Made by a program: the position numbers and the translations under genes | Assembly: GCA_964106645.2 (NCBI GenBank) | Contig: OZ067043.1 | Origin: Podarcis pityusensis | Taxonomy: Eukaryota | Length of the DNA: 64,000 nucleotides | Reading direction: 5' to 3' (one strand) | Shown: positions 52,705-64,000 of the stretch, piece after piece | Numbering within the stretch: position 1 is the first letter of the stretch | Layout: each line of letters starts with the position of its first letter | Notes under the pieces: model-generated | Told to the model about the DNA's origin: nothing | What the model saw: the letters and a program-made list of their open reading frames with translations, nothing else | Databases searched by the model: none

Positions 52705-55700
52705 AGAAGAACTACATATTTCTCTTGGCATTCTCTAAGCTTGGAGACAGCTGCAATATCTCAGTGTGTAATACTGAGCAATTAGGTAGAATACTCTCTG
52801 AAACATGTTCCCGCCTATCTCTATAAATAAAAAGGACCAGAAGCTTACTTTTTCCCCAGATTAAAGAAGGGGCCTGGAACACAGGGTGGCAAATTACATA
52901 AGACTGCTAGTGTATGCCCCTGCTCCCATAACTATGGTCCTGTGTACACTAGGAATTAACAATTGTCTTTTTTTAAAGCAACAACAACAGCAACAACAAC
53001 AACAGTTTTTCATTATCAGGGTGTGTAATTCTGTGTCCCTCCACCATAAATACTTAAGAAGTACCTTCTTATATATTGTTTTTCAAGCCACTCCCACCAG
53101 GTAAATGGCCATTTCTGGGAAATAAACCTAGCTGTAGTCCTATGAGGATAAAATAGCAAACATACCAAACAAGACAAGCAGAGACTGGAGCAGGAAAGGA
53201 GAGTAAGTCTCACTGAAGGACAAAAGGCAGAAAGGTCCAGAAGGCAGGCAACAGGGAGAGGGCAGAGAGAGAGTGCTTTGGGGAAGTGGGAAAAGTGTTT
53301 TGGGGCACTCAGACAGGATGATGGGTAGATTAAAATAAAGGTTCAAGGATTTATTGCATGTAGCAAGCTGCTTGCATTCAACCCATCGTTATGAGCACCA
53401 GCCAGAGAGTTAAGTGTTATTTAAGTATCATTCATATTCCAATTTTCTATTAAAAAAAACAGCTTTAAAACTGTAAAAATAATGCAACCAAGAAGTTACA
53501 AGAACAATACGTAGAAGAATAACATCGCTAAAATCACATAACAAAATAAAAGCAGCAGCCCACAAAACGTAGCAGGTGATCAGACATTGAAAGGTTCTTG
53601 TAATAAGAGAGTTTTTTCTGCATACCTTTTAAAGCATAAAAAGAGGGGTCCCAGTGGGTCCAAAGATTGATGCTACCACTTAAAAGGCCCTGTCTCTTGT
53701 ACCGATATGACACTGAGCATTCAGGGAAAGCATTGTGTAAATTCTAATCATTATATTATAACTAAGATGGGAAGGTCCTGTGCTTTACAGCTGCAGCTGA
53801 GCACCATGACTAAATTAAGATTTTAATTGGGGGTTTACAGTTTACAGCCAAACACTTATATGCTATAAATTATTCACTTTAAAAAGAGGCCAAAAAACCA
53901 ACTTGCACCACTTGGGTCCTGTCTTTGAGAAAGGAAATGAGATATGTTTCACCTGTGCCTTACCATTTATAACTCTATCTTTCTGAGCTGGTATCACAAT
54001 ATTGTTCAAGTTTCTATGAACCCTGCTATCCACTCTTGCACCGAAGAAACACATTTGCCATATAAAGCAGGAAGGAACTCAAACAGCACAGCTGTGTACA
54101 TGTCTTCTCTGTTTTCCCCAATGGGATTTTCTCCCAGGTAAGTGTGTATATTATTGCAGCCTAAATGTCATTTGCCCCTGAGTAGTTCTGAACATATTTC
54201 ATCTCAGGCCTGTTGGTTTAGACTGTGTTCCTTGTGAGTGGGTGGTATCTTATTTATTTGTTTGAAAAACCCTTCCTATCTCACCTTTCAGGAAAAAGAA
54301 AACTTCCAAATCCACTAGCAGCAGTCATGACAATCAGTTTGAAACTGTTTCCCTGCCGGTGGGGGGAAGTATAAATAAATACTAATAATATCAAATACTT
54401 TAAATAAAATATGAATTAAAAAATGTAAGATGGAAGTGTGAAGTCACTGTATAAAAAGTATTTCATTTGTTTTGTCGCTCTCTAATTTTGCAGTAAGGAG
54501 GACCTGATTCACTTGATAAGATTAAAGGGCTCAGCTTGCTAAACGATCATATGGAAGGCCTGAACTTCGCCTTTCGTCTTCCCATTCCGCCAGAGGAAGG
54601 GCAGTGTGGTTTCTACACCCTTGCAATTCAACCCAATAAAAGTACTTGTCTTACCTCCTCTAATTATAGCATTCTCGGGATCCCGCCCCTCGTTTCTGGT
54701 CTCCCCTTGGCTGGCACTCTCCTGCACAAACAGCACAAACCTGGAGAGCTCAAGGTTTCTCCCACACCAATTGCCCATACGTCTTCCATCGACAGGCCTG
54801 TCACAGCAATGATCTCCAGGCCGCATCTCGCCCTGCCTGCTGCTGAGGCTGCACAGACAGAGCTGAGCGCTACCCTCTGGAAACGACAGCCGGTGCAGAG
54901 ACAGCCATGGCACACTCTCTGCTGCAAGCACAATGCCCAGGAGCACTGCCATGTGTCTGCCTTCCCAGCAAAAGGACTGCAAGCCCATCCTCCCTGGGAT
55001 GACAATTGCCTCTATATCTCAGGAGAGAGCCCGAGTGCTGTGTGTTTGCCACTGGGTGTGCATGTGCTTGCCATAACAATGAGTGCTGTGGGAGGGGAAA
55101 GGTTTGCAACTAAGCAGGGCACGATTTCCTCTTCAGATCCTGTAGAATAGAACAAAAACTCTACTGAACACTACTGAAGCCTGCCTTGTTGAGGGAGCCG
55201 CATGCTCCCAGCGAACATGGACAGCAGAGCTCCAGACTGTAATGGAAAACCATATACAGAAATCTGTATGTGTGTCTAACAAGGAAATATCTGTTTTAGC
55301 CTGGTCAAACTCTCCTTGTGCATCCATCTCTCTCTCTCTCTTCCTCCCCAGAGACATTTCGATGCTAGGGATCAACACCCCACAGAGCTATGTCAGATTT
55401 CTAAAGGAGTGGTGCAGATGTAATCTTGTCTTTCACAGAGCCTGCAGGGTGACCATGCTGGTGCAGACTTCCCGCTGATGAGGCTTTCATTACTCCCAGC
55501 TCCACTTGATGGATTTCCTCCTGTAGAGCGTTCAGGATACAGGCCATGCTGGCTGGCAAAACTAAGAGATTTTGCAGGGCCAATGCTTTAATGGCAGGAG
55601 ATGCTTGTGCGTAGTAAATGCAGTGTGTGGAAATAGTGGCTGCCATATACCAGGACATATTTGTTGCTGTATTCAGCACAAAAAAGCCCACTGTTAATGT

Positions 55701-57741
55701 GTCCATTTGTGAAGAGGGGCAGCATATTGAAAGGAAAGGACACGGTAGGCTAGCATGCCCTGCCAACTCCCACTTGTGTCTCCATTATGTCGTGGGGATA
55801 TGGAACAAAGAAAGAATTGATGCCCTCTGAGTCATAGTCCTTCACACATGCTACTTGCCTCATTGTCTATTAGTTCCTGCACTTCTGTTCTGTTTTGTTT
55901 GGGGATGTGTCTTCTTTTATGCTGCTAAGATGATGATGAATGCAACTCAGCCACAACATTTCCCAGAAAAGCAGTCACTACTGCAGTGTCACTGCTGTCT
56001 CTTCTAATATTACCAGAGAAGCCGCTTGTTGGTTGCCTAGGAAACGAGGTACTGTAGAAGATTTGGTCCTTAGGATGGATCAATTGTTGCCACCTGAAAG
56101 GAGAGGTTTCAGAAAAACAAAGGGGGCAGACAGATTAATGACTGAGGTAAGGAACTTCAGTAGATCATTTTCTGTAATGAGTAAGCTAAAAAATCTCTCA
56201 GTGCACCTGAGGAAATTGGAGGCTTCCAGTTGATGACCACAGGGCAGTTCTGATAGTTTTGTACAAGGCTGGATTAGCCCCACAGCGCTGGCAATGGCAC
56301 CTGACTCTGCCCAAGCACAGGCAACCATCTATGCCAGTAGTTAATCACCCTCCCTCCCTTTCCAGACTGTTAGTTTCATTGCATTCTTTTCCACTTCCTT
56401 CTTCACAACTGAGACATGATAATAATACTCAATTTTTAAACTCAATAATGCATCGGTAGGGTGATCTCTATTCTACATTCTCCCACTCATTGCCCCAGTT
56501 TGTCATGAGGCGTGAGGGTGGCAATGGTGTCATGTGGGTTGTCAGCACCCAGGGCAAGGTAAGGATCCTCAGCACTGCCCACCAGTAATATGGAACAATG
56601 GGGCAATAGCTTGGCGGCCTAACCGAGTGGCAGCCACGGTGCCCCATGAGTGTTGAGCACGGCAGAGAGTAGGACAGAGGATTGGTTAGGAGCGGGTATC
56701 TTTCTAAAGCCCATGCAGAGGGTGCCTTAGGAACTGGCCATCGCTCAAATCCGCTCCTCCATCTGTCCAAGCAAACATTGGGAGATGTTCTGTGTGAGGG
56801 GGAGGGTGCACTATTTTAAATTTATTATTTCTACTTTCTCTTTTTTTCTTTTGAAATTTTGCACCCCTAAGAATTTGGCACCCAGGCAACTGCTACATCA
56901 CTGAAGAGTAGTTACCTTTTTCTCCCTTGAAAGGGAGAAATTGGAATAGGGACATTCTTTTTCATTTCTTCTTTCAGCTCTATGGGCTTTTCAAGGTTCA
57001 GATTCATTCTACTATATTTTGGGCAGGGGTTCTGATCTGGGGGAGGAAGCAGAATGGAGAAGTGACCCAACGAGTCACCAATGACTCTTATTCAAAAATC
57101 CAAATTTGCCCCTGAACCTAGAAAGTTGGTGACCCCGGATTTGTAACCAGTATTGATACTGTTAAACTCTCTCACACACTGCTTACTTGCCAGAATGAAC
57201 TGGAAACCTGTGGCCAGCACCTGCAGCATTCTCAGGATGTTTTCACGGTTGCTGCAATGTGAAGCTGACAATCTAGAAGACTTGGACAGTATTGCTGGCA
57301 AGCAGAATAAGGCATGCAAAATAAGGACGCAAACCCGTCTTTGTAACCTTTTTGTGCTGTGTGCCTGAAATGATACATGTAACAAGAGGCAGGGATTCTT
57401 TCCCTCTTCCCCTTCAGAACACCAGAAATGTGTCGCTTTGATCCGTGTTGCAATGCTGACAAACCTGCACAGCAAAAATGTAAGCTTGTGTGTTGACTCT
57501 ATAAAGCAGAGTTAAAACATTGGAAGCATTCTGCTAACATTCTGTTTCATGTTTGTATTGATCAGGCTTTTTGAAAAATCACAATGACTGGGCATTTACA
57601 TGGCTCCTTACCGCATTAGAAGCAGAAGCATGAATGCGCTCACTGCTAAAAAGGGAAGTCTTTACCAATGGGCTCTGCCTGTCATTCTGTTTCACTTTGT
57701 TTCCAAATTCTGCAGGTCTTCAATGTTGTCATATTGATATA

Positions 57742-57983
57742 CAGTGGTACCTCGGGTTACATATGCTTCAGGTTACATACGCTTCAGGTTACACACTCCG
57801 CTAACCCAGAAATAGTGCTTCAGGTTAAGAACTTTGCTTCAGGATAAGAACAGAAATCGGGCTCCAGCGGCACGGCGGCAGCAGGAGGCCCCATTAGCTA
57901 AAGCGGTGCTTCAGGTTAAGCACAGTTTCAGGTTAAGAACAGACCTCCAGAACGAATTAAGTACTTAACCCAAGGTACCACTG
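57742..57983 (+). mobile_element. Tc1/mariner (Tigger/pogo-like) MITE
   Basis: TIR CAGTGGTACCT(C/T)GGGTTA, TA TSD on both sides, and repeated internal CTTCAGGTTA motifs. Confidence 0.9.
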
Positions 57984-58854
57984 TATGTGAAAATACAAAA
58001 ATGACCACACAACTTGTGACCACCCAAACCTCACAGCTGGTCTGTCTTGTTCCTTCTTGCACTTCCTTTCAACACAGATGCAGAGACTACACATAGTAAA
58101 AGGAGAATACAGAATTACATTTTAAGTTGTCACAAAATTGGGTTGGATATGGGTTCCACCCTTAGACTGTTCTTGTAGCTACTTCCATTTTCTGAGTCAC
58201 ATCTGTGGTTATTTCGGGGCAGCTTAGAAACAAAGCAAGCAGCTTAGTGATGAGGAAATCTGTGTCACACAATTAGAAAATTGCTTCATTTCCAATCAGT
58301 GCATGTCCCATAGCTTTCTGCTGAAATTCTGTAAATTTTTGTACCATAAATGTTCTGGTTTATTTTTTACCCCACTTCTGTTTATTTATTAAATTTGTAT
58401 ACCACCTTTCTGTTGTGCTGTGATATAAGAGTGCCCCTCCAGACAACAACAATATGTAAACATTGGGGAAGCATTGCCAAACACCTAACAAAGCAGAATG
58501 ATGGATGGATGGTCCAGTATAAATCCACCACTGATGCCCTATTATTGCATCAATGGCATGTTGCAGAATATGCCATAAAGAAACACCAGTTTCCAGTGGC
58601 CCTGTGATGGACAGATACCCTCTCAGGCCAGATAAGTTGTTGGCTTCTGTGAAGGGGTGTTATCCAGGGGTGGGGGAAGGAAAGCTCATAGTTATTGGGG
58701 GGGGGGAAGAGAAATACGTTCAGGTTGTGAATTTAAGGCTCATCCACACTTTTGCTTGACCCATATTTTGATCATATTGTGTACCAATTAATTCCCCCAT
58801 GTCTGCAAGCTTTTCTCATTGTTCCACAACTGTGCCTTGCAAAACCCCATCTTA

Positions 58855-59072
58855 TTGATTGCATTTATTGATTGCATTATACGCCACCTTTTCCTCCAAG
58901 AAGCTCAAGGTAGCGTACATGGTTCTCCCCCTCCTCATTTAATTCCCACAACAACACTGTGAGGTAGGTTAGGCTGAGAGGCAGTGACTGGCCCAAGTTT
59001 CATGACCAAGTGGGGATTTGAACCCTGGTCTCCCCCCGAGTCTGACATTCTAACCACTATACCACCCTGGCC
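58855..59072 (-). mobile_element. CORE/MIR-like SINE
   Basis: CORE-like CCCACAACAACACTGTGAGGTAGG, tRNA-like head (GGGGATTTGAACCC...CTAACCACTATACCAC) and L2-type tail. Confidence 0.7.
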
Positions 59073-59220
59073 TGCTCAGTTAAGCCAAATCTCTCTACTG
59101 ATTTTCTGTGCATCTGATAAGATCCAATTCAGCAGGCAAGATAGGATTTTCTCAAGAAACCAGCCATGAAACAATGAGGAAAGCTCTCAGACTGAGGGGG
59201 ATTAATGGGTATTCAGTATA

Positions 59221-59464
59221 CAGTGGTACCTCAGGTTACATACGCTTCAGGTTACAGACACTTCAGGTTACAGACTCCGCTAACCCAGAAATAGTATCTC
59301 AGTATCTAAGAACTTTGCTTCAGGATGAGAACAGAAATTGTGCTCCAGTGGTGCGGCGGCAGTGGGAGGCCCCATTAGCTAAAGTGGTACCTCAGGTTAA
59401 GAACAATTTCAGGTTAAGAACGGACCTCCAGAACAAATTAAGTCCTTAACCCGAGGTACCACTG
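59221..59464 (+). mobile_element. Tc1/mariner (Tigger/pogo-like) MITE
   Basis: Same family as 57742, with TA TSD on both sides. Confidence 0.9.
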
Positions 59465-59726
59465 TAATCAAAATACAGGTCAAGCAAAAGTGTTGCTGAG
59501 CCCTAAGAGGAGAGCAAAGTTGTGATGGGAAATTGTAGGGTTACCGTTAAGGTTTTCACTATATTGGGAGCAAAGGACTCCACCCTTAGACTGTGCTTGT
59601 GGTTACTTTGATTTTCCTACTCAGTCTTATGTTTGCTTGTTCTTCAGCAGACAGCCTATGATTTGGGACCTATGAAATTTCATGAGGAATGTTGGAGGGT
59701 ATGTCTGAAAAGTGAGTACTGTAAAC

Positions 59727-59852
59727 CATGGGCGTGGCTAGGATTTTTGTTGGGGTGGCAGGCCTTTTGTTAGGGGGAGACAGAACCTCAGTTTGCTATG
59801 GATTTTTATAGATTTTTAGTGATGGAGGGGCTCCTCCCTGCCCCTGCCCATG
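59727..59852. mobile_element. Short hAT-type MITE
   Basis: CATGGGC...GCCCATG ends and a perfect 8-bp TSD CTGTAAAC. Confidence 0.82.
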
Positions 59853-60679
59853 CTGTAAACAGAAGAGGTGGCTGGCTGTGGCCCCAGTTATGTGCGCCCA
59901 GAAGGCCCACTGCAAACTGGAACACCTGGCTGCTGAGTGCTCACTGAGCTGCCCCACCCTCACTAGAATTGCTCCCCCGCGGGGGGCTTTGGGTGGAGCC
60001 AATTTTCTAACTGGAATGTCATATTGGGCCTGTATCATGCCAGCTTCTCTTGTGATTTTGTGTGTTGACTGCCAGCTCACTAACCAGCTTGGGTTCACAC
60101 CCAACTCCACAGCTCAGTGGCCGACGTGCTGAGCATATGAGCAGTTCTCTCTTCTCAGTGCAACCCAATCTGCACATGCTAGCTGCCAGCAGCTAGGGTC
60201 TGAATGCAGAAGAACCAGTTTGCTGGTTGGTCCAAGGTTAAGTTGGCTGCAAGGTCTGGAAGCATTTCATGAAAGTGTGGCCTTTCCCCCGCTTTATGTG
60301 CATTGCATTTGGAGTGCCAGCCACACTAGGTTCAATGTTCCACTGCCTTTCCTGCTCTGCTTCTCCTAGAGAGACATTTGGAGAGCAGTTACATCCACTC
60401 ACTCTAGCAGACCTTAGCAACACTAGCCTTCCCAGATTACAGGGCAAACAATCTAAACTGGGGAGCAGTTGGTATGGTGCAATGACAGTCCTGTCACCAA
60501 TGAAACCGTACAAAAGGGTTGCTACAAAAGTTGCACCAGTATATACACCTTATTGTATTTAAATCAAAGAATGTGCTCCTCTTTTGATAGGCAAGCAACT
60601 ACCATGGATTCAGTCCATGGTGAGTGTTGCTTGTGGTCTGTTAACAGAAGCACATATCTCACTTTATCCATTATCAGGC

Positions 60680-60900
60680 CAGTGGCGGAGCTTCATGCTC
60701 CAGCATCAGGGGGTGGAGAGCAGGCGGGGGCGGGGCTGGAGTGCGTCCCATGGGTGTGGCATGCTGCCTGCAGGGGCGTGATGTGTGTCCTGGGGGTGTG
60801 GCACCCAGCGCTGGTGGGGGGATAGCTGTGATGGCACCCCACCGGGATCGTGCTGCCCGGGGCAGTGCGCTCACCCCGCACTCCTCTTCTTCCGCCAGTG
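60680..60900. mobile_element. GC-rich hAT-type MITE
   Basis: CAGTGGCGGA / TCCGCCAGTG termini and a perfect 8-bp TSD TATCAGGC (60672-60679, 60901-60908). Confidence 0.85.
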
Positions 60901-61259
60901 TATCAGGCTGGCTCTGAACCTAATTTTGCTTAACAAGTGTCTCCAACTTCCACTTTTGTAATGTTCTGTAGGGACCAATCTAATCCACGCTCAGATCTCT
61001 CAACACCTTTTTTCAAAAACAGCCTGGCCTTACCCAAAATTGGATCAGGAGTGTGGCACACACCATTGCCTTGAGCGAAATCACACATGCACACAAAGCT
61101 GTTAATACCCTTTCTGGGGCTTAGAGTAGATTGGGCAATTCAAGGGGGCTGAAAAATAACACTGACATCCAGTTAAAGATCTCTCATATATCATCTAGGT
61201 TGGTCCTAAATAGCAGAGAAATAAAAGATGATTGAGGTTTATTTGGGTTTACTCTAGGC

Positions 61260-61635
61260 TTGATGCTTTTGAATTATGGTGCTGGAGGAGACTCTTGAGA
61301 GTCCCATGGACTGCAAGAAGATCAAACCTATCCATTCTTAAGGAAATCAGCCCTGAGTGCTCACTGGAAGGACAGATCGTGAAGCTGAGGCTCCAATACT
61401 TTGGCCACCTCATGAGAAGACCCTAATGTTCCTCCCTGGAAAAGACCCTAATGTTGGGAAAGATTGAGGGCACAAGGAGAAGGGGACAACAGAGGACGAG
61501 ATGGTTGGATAGTGTTCTCGAAGCTACAAACATGAGTCTGACCAAACTGCGGGAGGCAGTGGAAGACAGAAGTGCCTGGCATGCTCTGGTCCATGGGGTC
61601 ACGAAGAGTCAGACACAACTAAACAACAACAACAA
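61260..61635 (+). mobile_element. Bov-B (RTE clade) LINE, 5'-truncated 3' end
   Basis: DAFELWCWRRLLRVPWTARRSNLSILKEISPECSLEG...LQYFGHLMRR and MLGKIEGTRRRG..RTRWLD...WHALVHGVTKS match the Bov-B ORF C-terminus. Ends in a (CAA)n tail. Confidence 0.95.
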
Positions 61636-63133
61636 AAGGTTTCTAAATAATGGAGAAAATTGGGCAATATTGAAAGTTTGTTCAAAACAGAGGACAACAT
61701 AAAATTAAGATATATAAGAAAATAAAGGAAACGTAAAAAGCATCTCCCCCTAACATACCGTTCTACCTTACATTTGAAGGAGAAAGATCACATGGGAAGA
61801 TATGGAGAAGTTACCAGTCCAAGAATTACTGAAACATATCCAGGCATGTATAGCTATTCACAACCTGAAGAGCAAAACAAGCACCTCTCAGCTGTATCCG
61901 GTTCTTGCAATCCAACAGGCATGCACAGTGGAACCCAAAGAGTAACCTATTGGCATGCCCTTCTAGAGATGGAAGCACTTTTAATTGGCATGAAATCACG
62001 GAGTTTGTTACAGTTGGAGATTTAGGGTAGAATAACAGATGATTCAGAGCTCATTAAAAGTGTTTCAGTTAGATATTGGAAAACATATACTTGTGCCTGC
62101 CAGGATATTTTCGTGCTGTAAAATGAGAAGACCTGGGAGCTCAGAGACGTCATTTCCAAGAGGGGCCAGGCTGGTTGTTGTCTGCAAGAAGGAGCTGCAA
62201 AAGCATAATTGTGTTGCTTTTCTCTGCAAGCTGCCATGGCTGCTTTTCGGCTAATGTTTGTTTTTAATATGTTTGTTTTTCATAATTTTAATATGGTACC
62301 TGATTTATGTAAGAAAGTAACATATATGCTTGGTATCTGTTTCCTGCCACAGTGGGTGCAAGGGAGAGAAGGATCTGTCCATTTCTGTCCTCTCTGTTTC
62401 CCATTTTTCCAATCTTAAATTCAGTTATCCACCATCTTGCAGCAATTTTTGATTTAAAAAAAAAATCCTCACAAAAATTCAGAAGCATTATAGAGCAAAT
62501 GTCTCCTTTAAAAAGATGGTTCATATGCAGTTTTGACTAATGTACACATTTTGCAAGCTATTTGGCCCCTAAATTTAGTGGTCAGTTTCTGCAAAATTGG
62601 CAGAAACCATGCCTTTGATACCATGCCTTTGCAGAAAGACCCTCCAAATATTTCCAGTGCCTAGAGATTAATAATCTTGCAGACATCAAGAAAAAATCTG
62701 GCTCAACTTTTCCTTTTCCCAACTCTGTTCTAGTCGTTACTGGTGGTTAACAGTGCCAGTGAGGACACTGGCAACGAAGCCTATGCTGTTATTTGGATAA
62801 TCACTATGAACACAGTTCTTCAAAAGACGCTACCATAGCACATTCCTATCAAAGGTGAAAATACACTCCTTTATGCTGCCAGCATTTTGGGGGAAGACGT
62901 TTTCAATACCTAAGATCATTCTACCTCATCCTATTCCTGCCAGTCAGGCTGTTGATGCCAGGGGACCCCAATCTTCCTTGTTAAACCAACTTGGGTTCAA
63001 ACAAAAACGTTATGAAATGTTAACATCTAGTCATGATTCTTATACTGACCCCACTGGGGTAGTGCCTCTCTGGGTACCATTTCCTCTCTTACCTTTCTGA
63101 AATGCAGGGCCAGTTGACACTGATCATCTAGGC

Positions 63134-63249
63134 CAGGCTTCCTGAAATGGCCTACAACTCCTATGATCCCTAGCTAGCAGGACCAGTGGTCAGGGATGAT
63201 GGGAATTGTAGTCTCAAAACAACTGGAGGGCTGAGGTTGAGGAAGCCTG
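63134..63249. mobile_element. Palindromic hAT-like MITE
   Basis: CAGGCTTCC / GGAAGCCTG termini and TSD (A/C)TCTAGGC. Confidence 0.8.
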
Positions 63250-64000
63250 CTCTAGGCTTAACAAGTATTTCCACTGTCTCCCCTCATTTCCATCTGCATG
63301 TCCGTATTACTGAACTGCAAACAAAGATGTTCAGGTCTTTCCCCCTGATTGGCTCTGATTAATTTAGGACCCAGTGATGCGCATGAGTAATTCTTATTAT
63401 GCTCTCCAATGTGCATTTACTCTGTATTAGTTGACACTGATTTGCATTTGTCAGCATACAACTCATTCCCTGAGCTTGTTTAGGTCCCTCTGAAATTTAT
63501 CTCTCACAGAAGTTGCACCCCTGCTTTATCCATCTCAGCTCATTTCCATCATCTGCCTAGCTCAGTCACACTGCTTTCTGATTTGTGGTGGCCGCTGCAA
63601 AAATAGAAAAGAAAGGAAACTTCTGGCTTTTCTTACCCAGGAAAATGGGTAATGCTCCACTGCAACAGAATGGGATCTGTGTGAGAAGGCAGACACGGTT
63701 CCTGCACCTTCAAAAGTTGTGTAGCAGAGGAAATTTCTCCTGCAGGCTTCCATCTGCTGAAATGTCTGCACAATTAAAGGTGAAGGAGCCCTAGTCTCCT
63801 TTTTTAAACCTAGCCACCCTAGAGCTGTGTTATCATATTTCTCCCACCCTCCCTAGCTCTTTGGGAATGTTTCTGTACAGGTGAGATCCTAGGTTTGCCT
63901 CCCACCTTAATATTTGTGAACACAGAGCCAGGAATTCTAGTGCTCCACCAATCAAAATGCTTTGTGCAGAGACCATAGAGGCTGGTGCCCATCACCCCAA

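Noticed and set aside
54536-55150. 204-aa plus-strand ORF
   Set aside because: Non-ATG start in the track and no recognisable family; the splice signals here favour the minus strand.
57742-57983. Regularly repeated CTTCAGGTTA motifs (CRISPR-like appearance)
   Set aside because: Internal repeats of a TIR/TA-bounded MITE in eukaryotic DNA, with no constant repeat-spacer structure.
47100-64000. Expected syntenic neighbour (KLF17/DMAP1 side in mammals)
   Set aside because: No C2H2 zinc-finger or other recognisable conserved exon was found in this interval.

Overview
Vertebrate genomic DNA, most likely from a squamate (probably a lacertid lizard, judging by the Sauria SINEs, a Bov-B/RTE LINE, Penelope remnants and many hAT and Tc1/mariner MITEs). 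It holds the 5' half of the glycine transporter 1 gene SLC6A9 (GlyT1) on the minus strand. A non-coding exon 1 lies in a CpG island (donor at 45150). Exon 2 carries the GlyT1a-type start MAEKCSEGLL (36803-36832). After a ~33 kb intron come four coding exons (3430-3586, 2532-2663, 1570-1825, 417-549), and the gene runs off the left edge. Almost all ORFs in the supplied track are non-coding noise. The most interesting signal is the 5' leader. An ATF4/C-EBP (CARE) element also supplies the AUG of a 5-codon uORF. A second uAUG at the end of exon 1 gives either a short uORF or an out-of-frame ORF overlapping the GlyT1 start, depending on which of two exon 2 acceptors is used, which resembles the ATF4-type stress-translation switch. 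Other points of note are a GC-AG intron, candidate alternative first exons, a pre-miRNA-sized hairpin and a possible unannotated spliced minus-strand transcript at ~50-57 kb.
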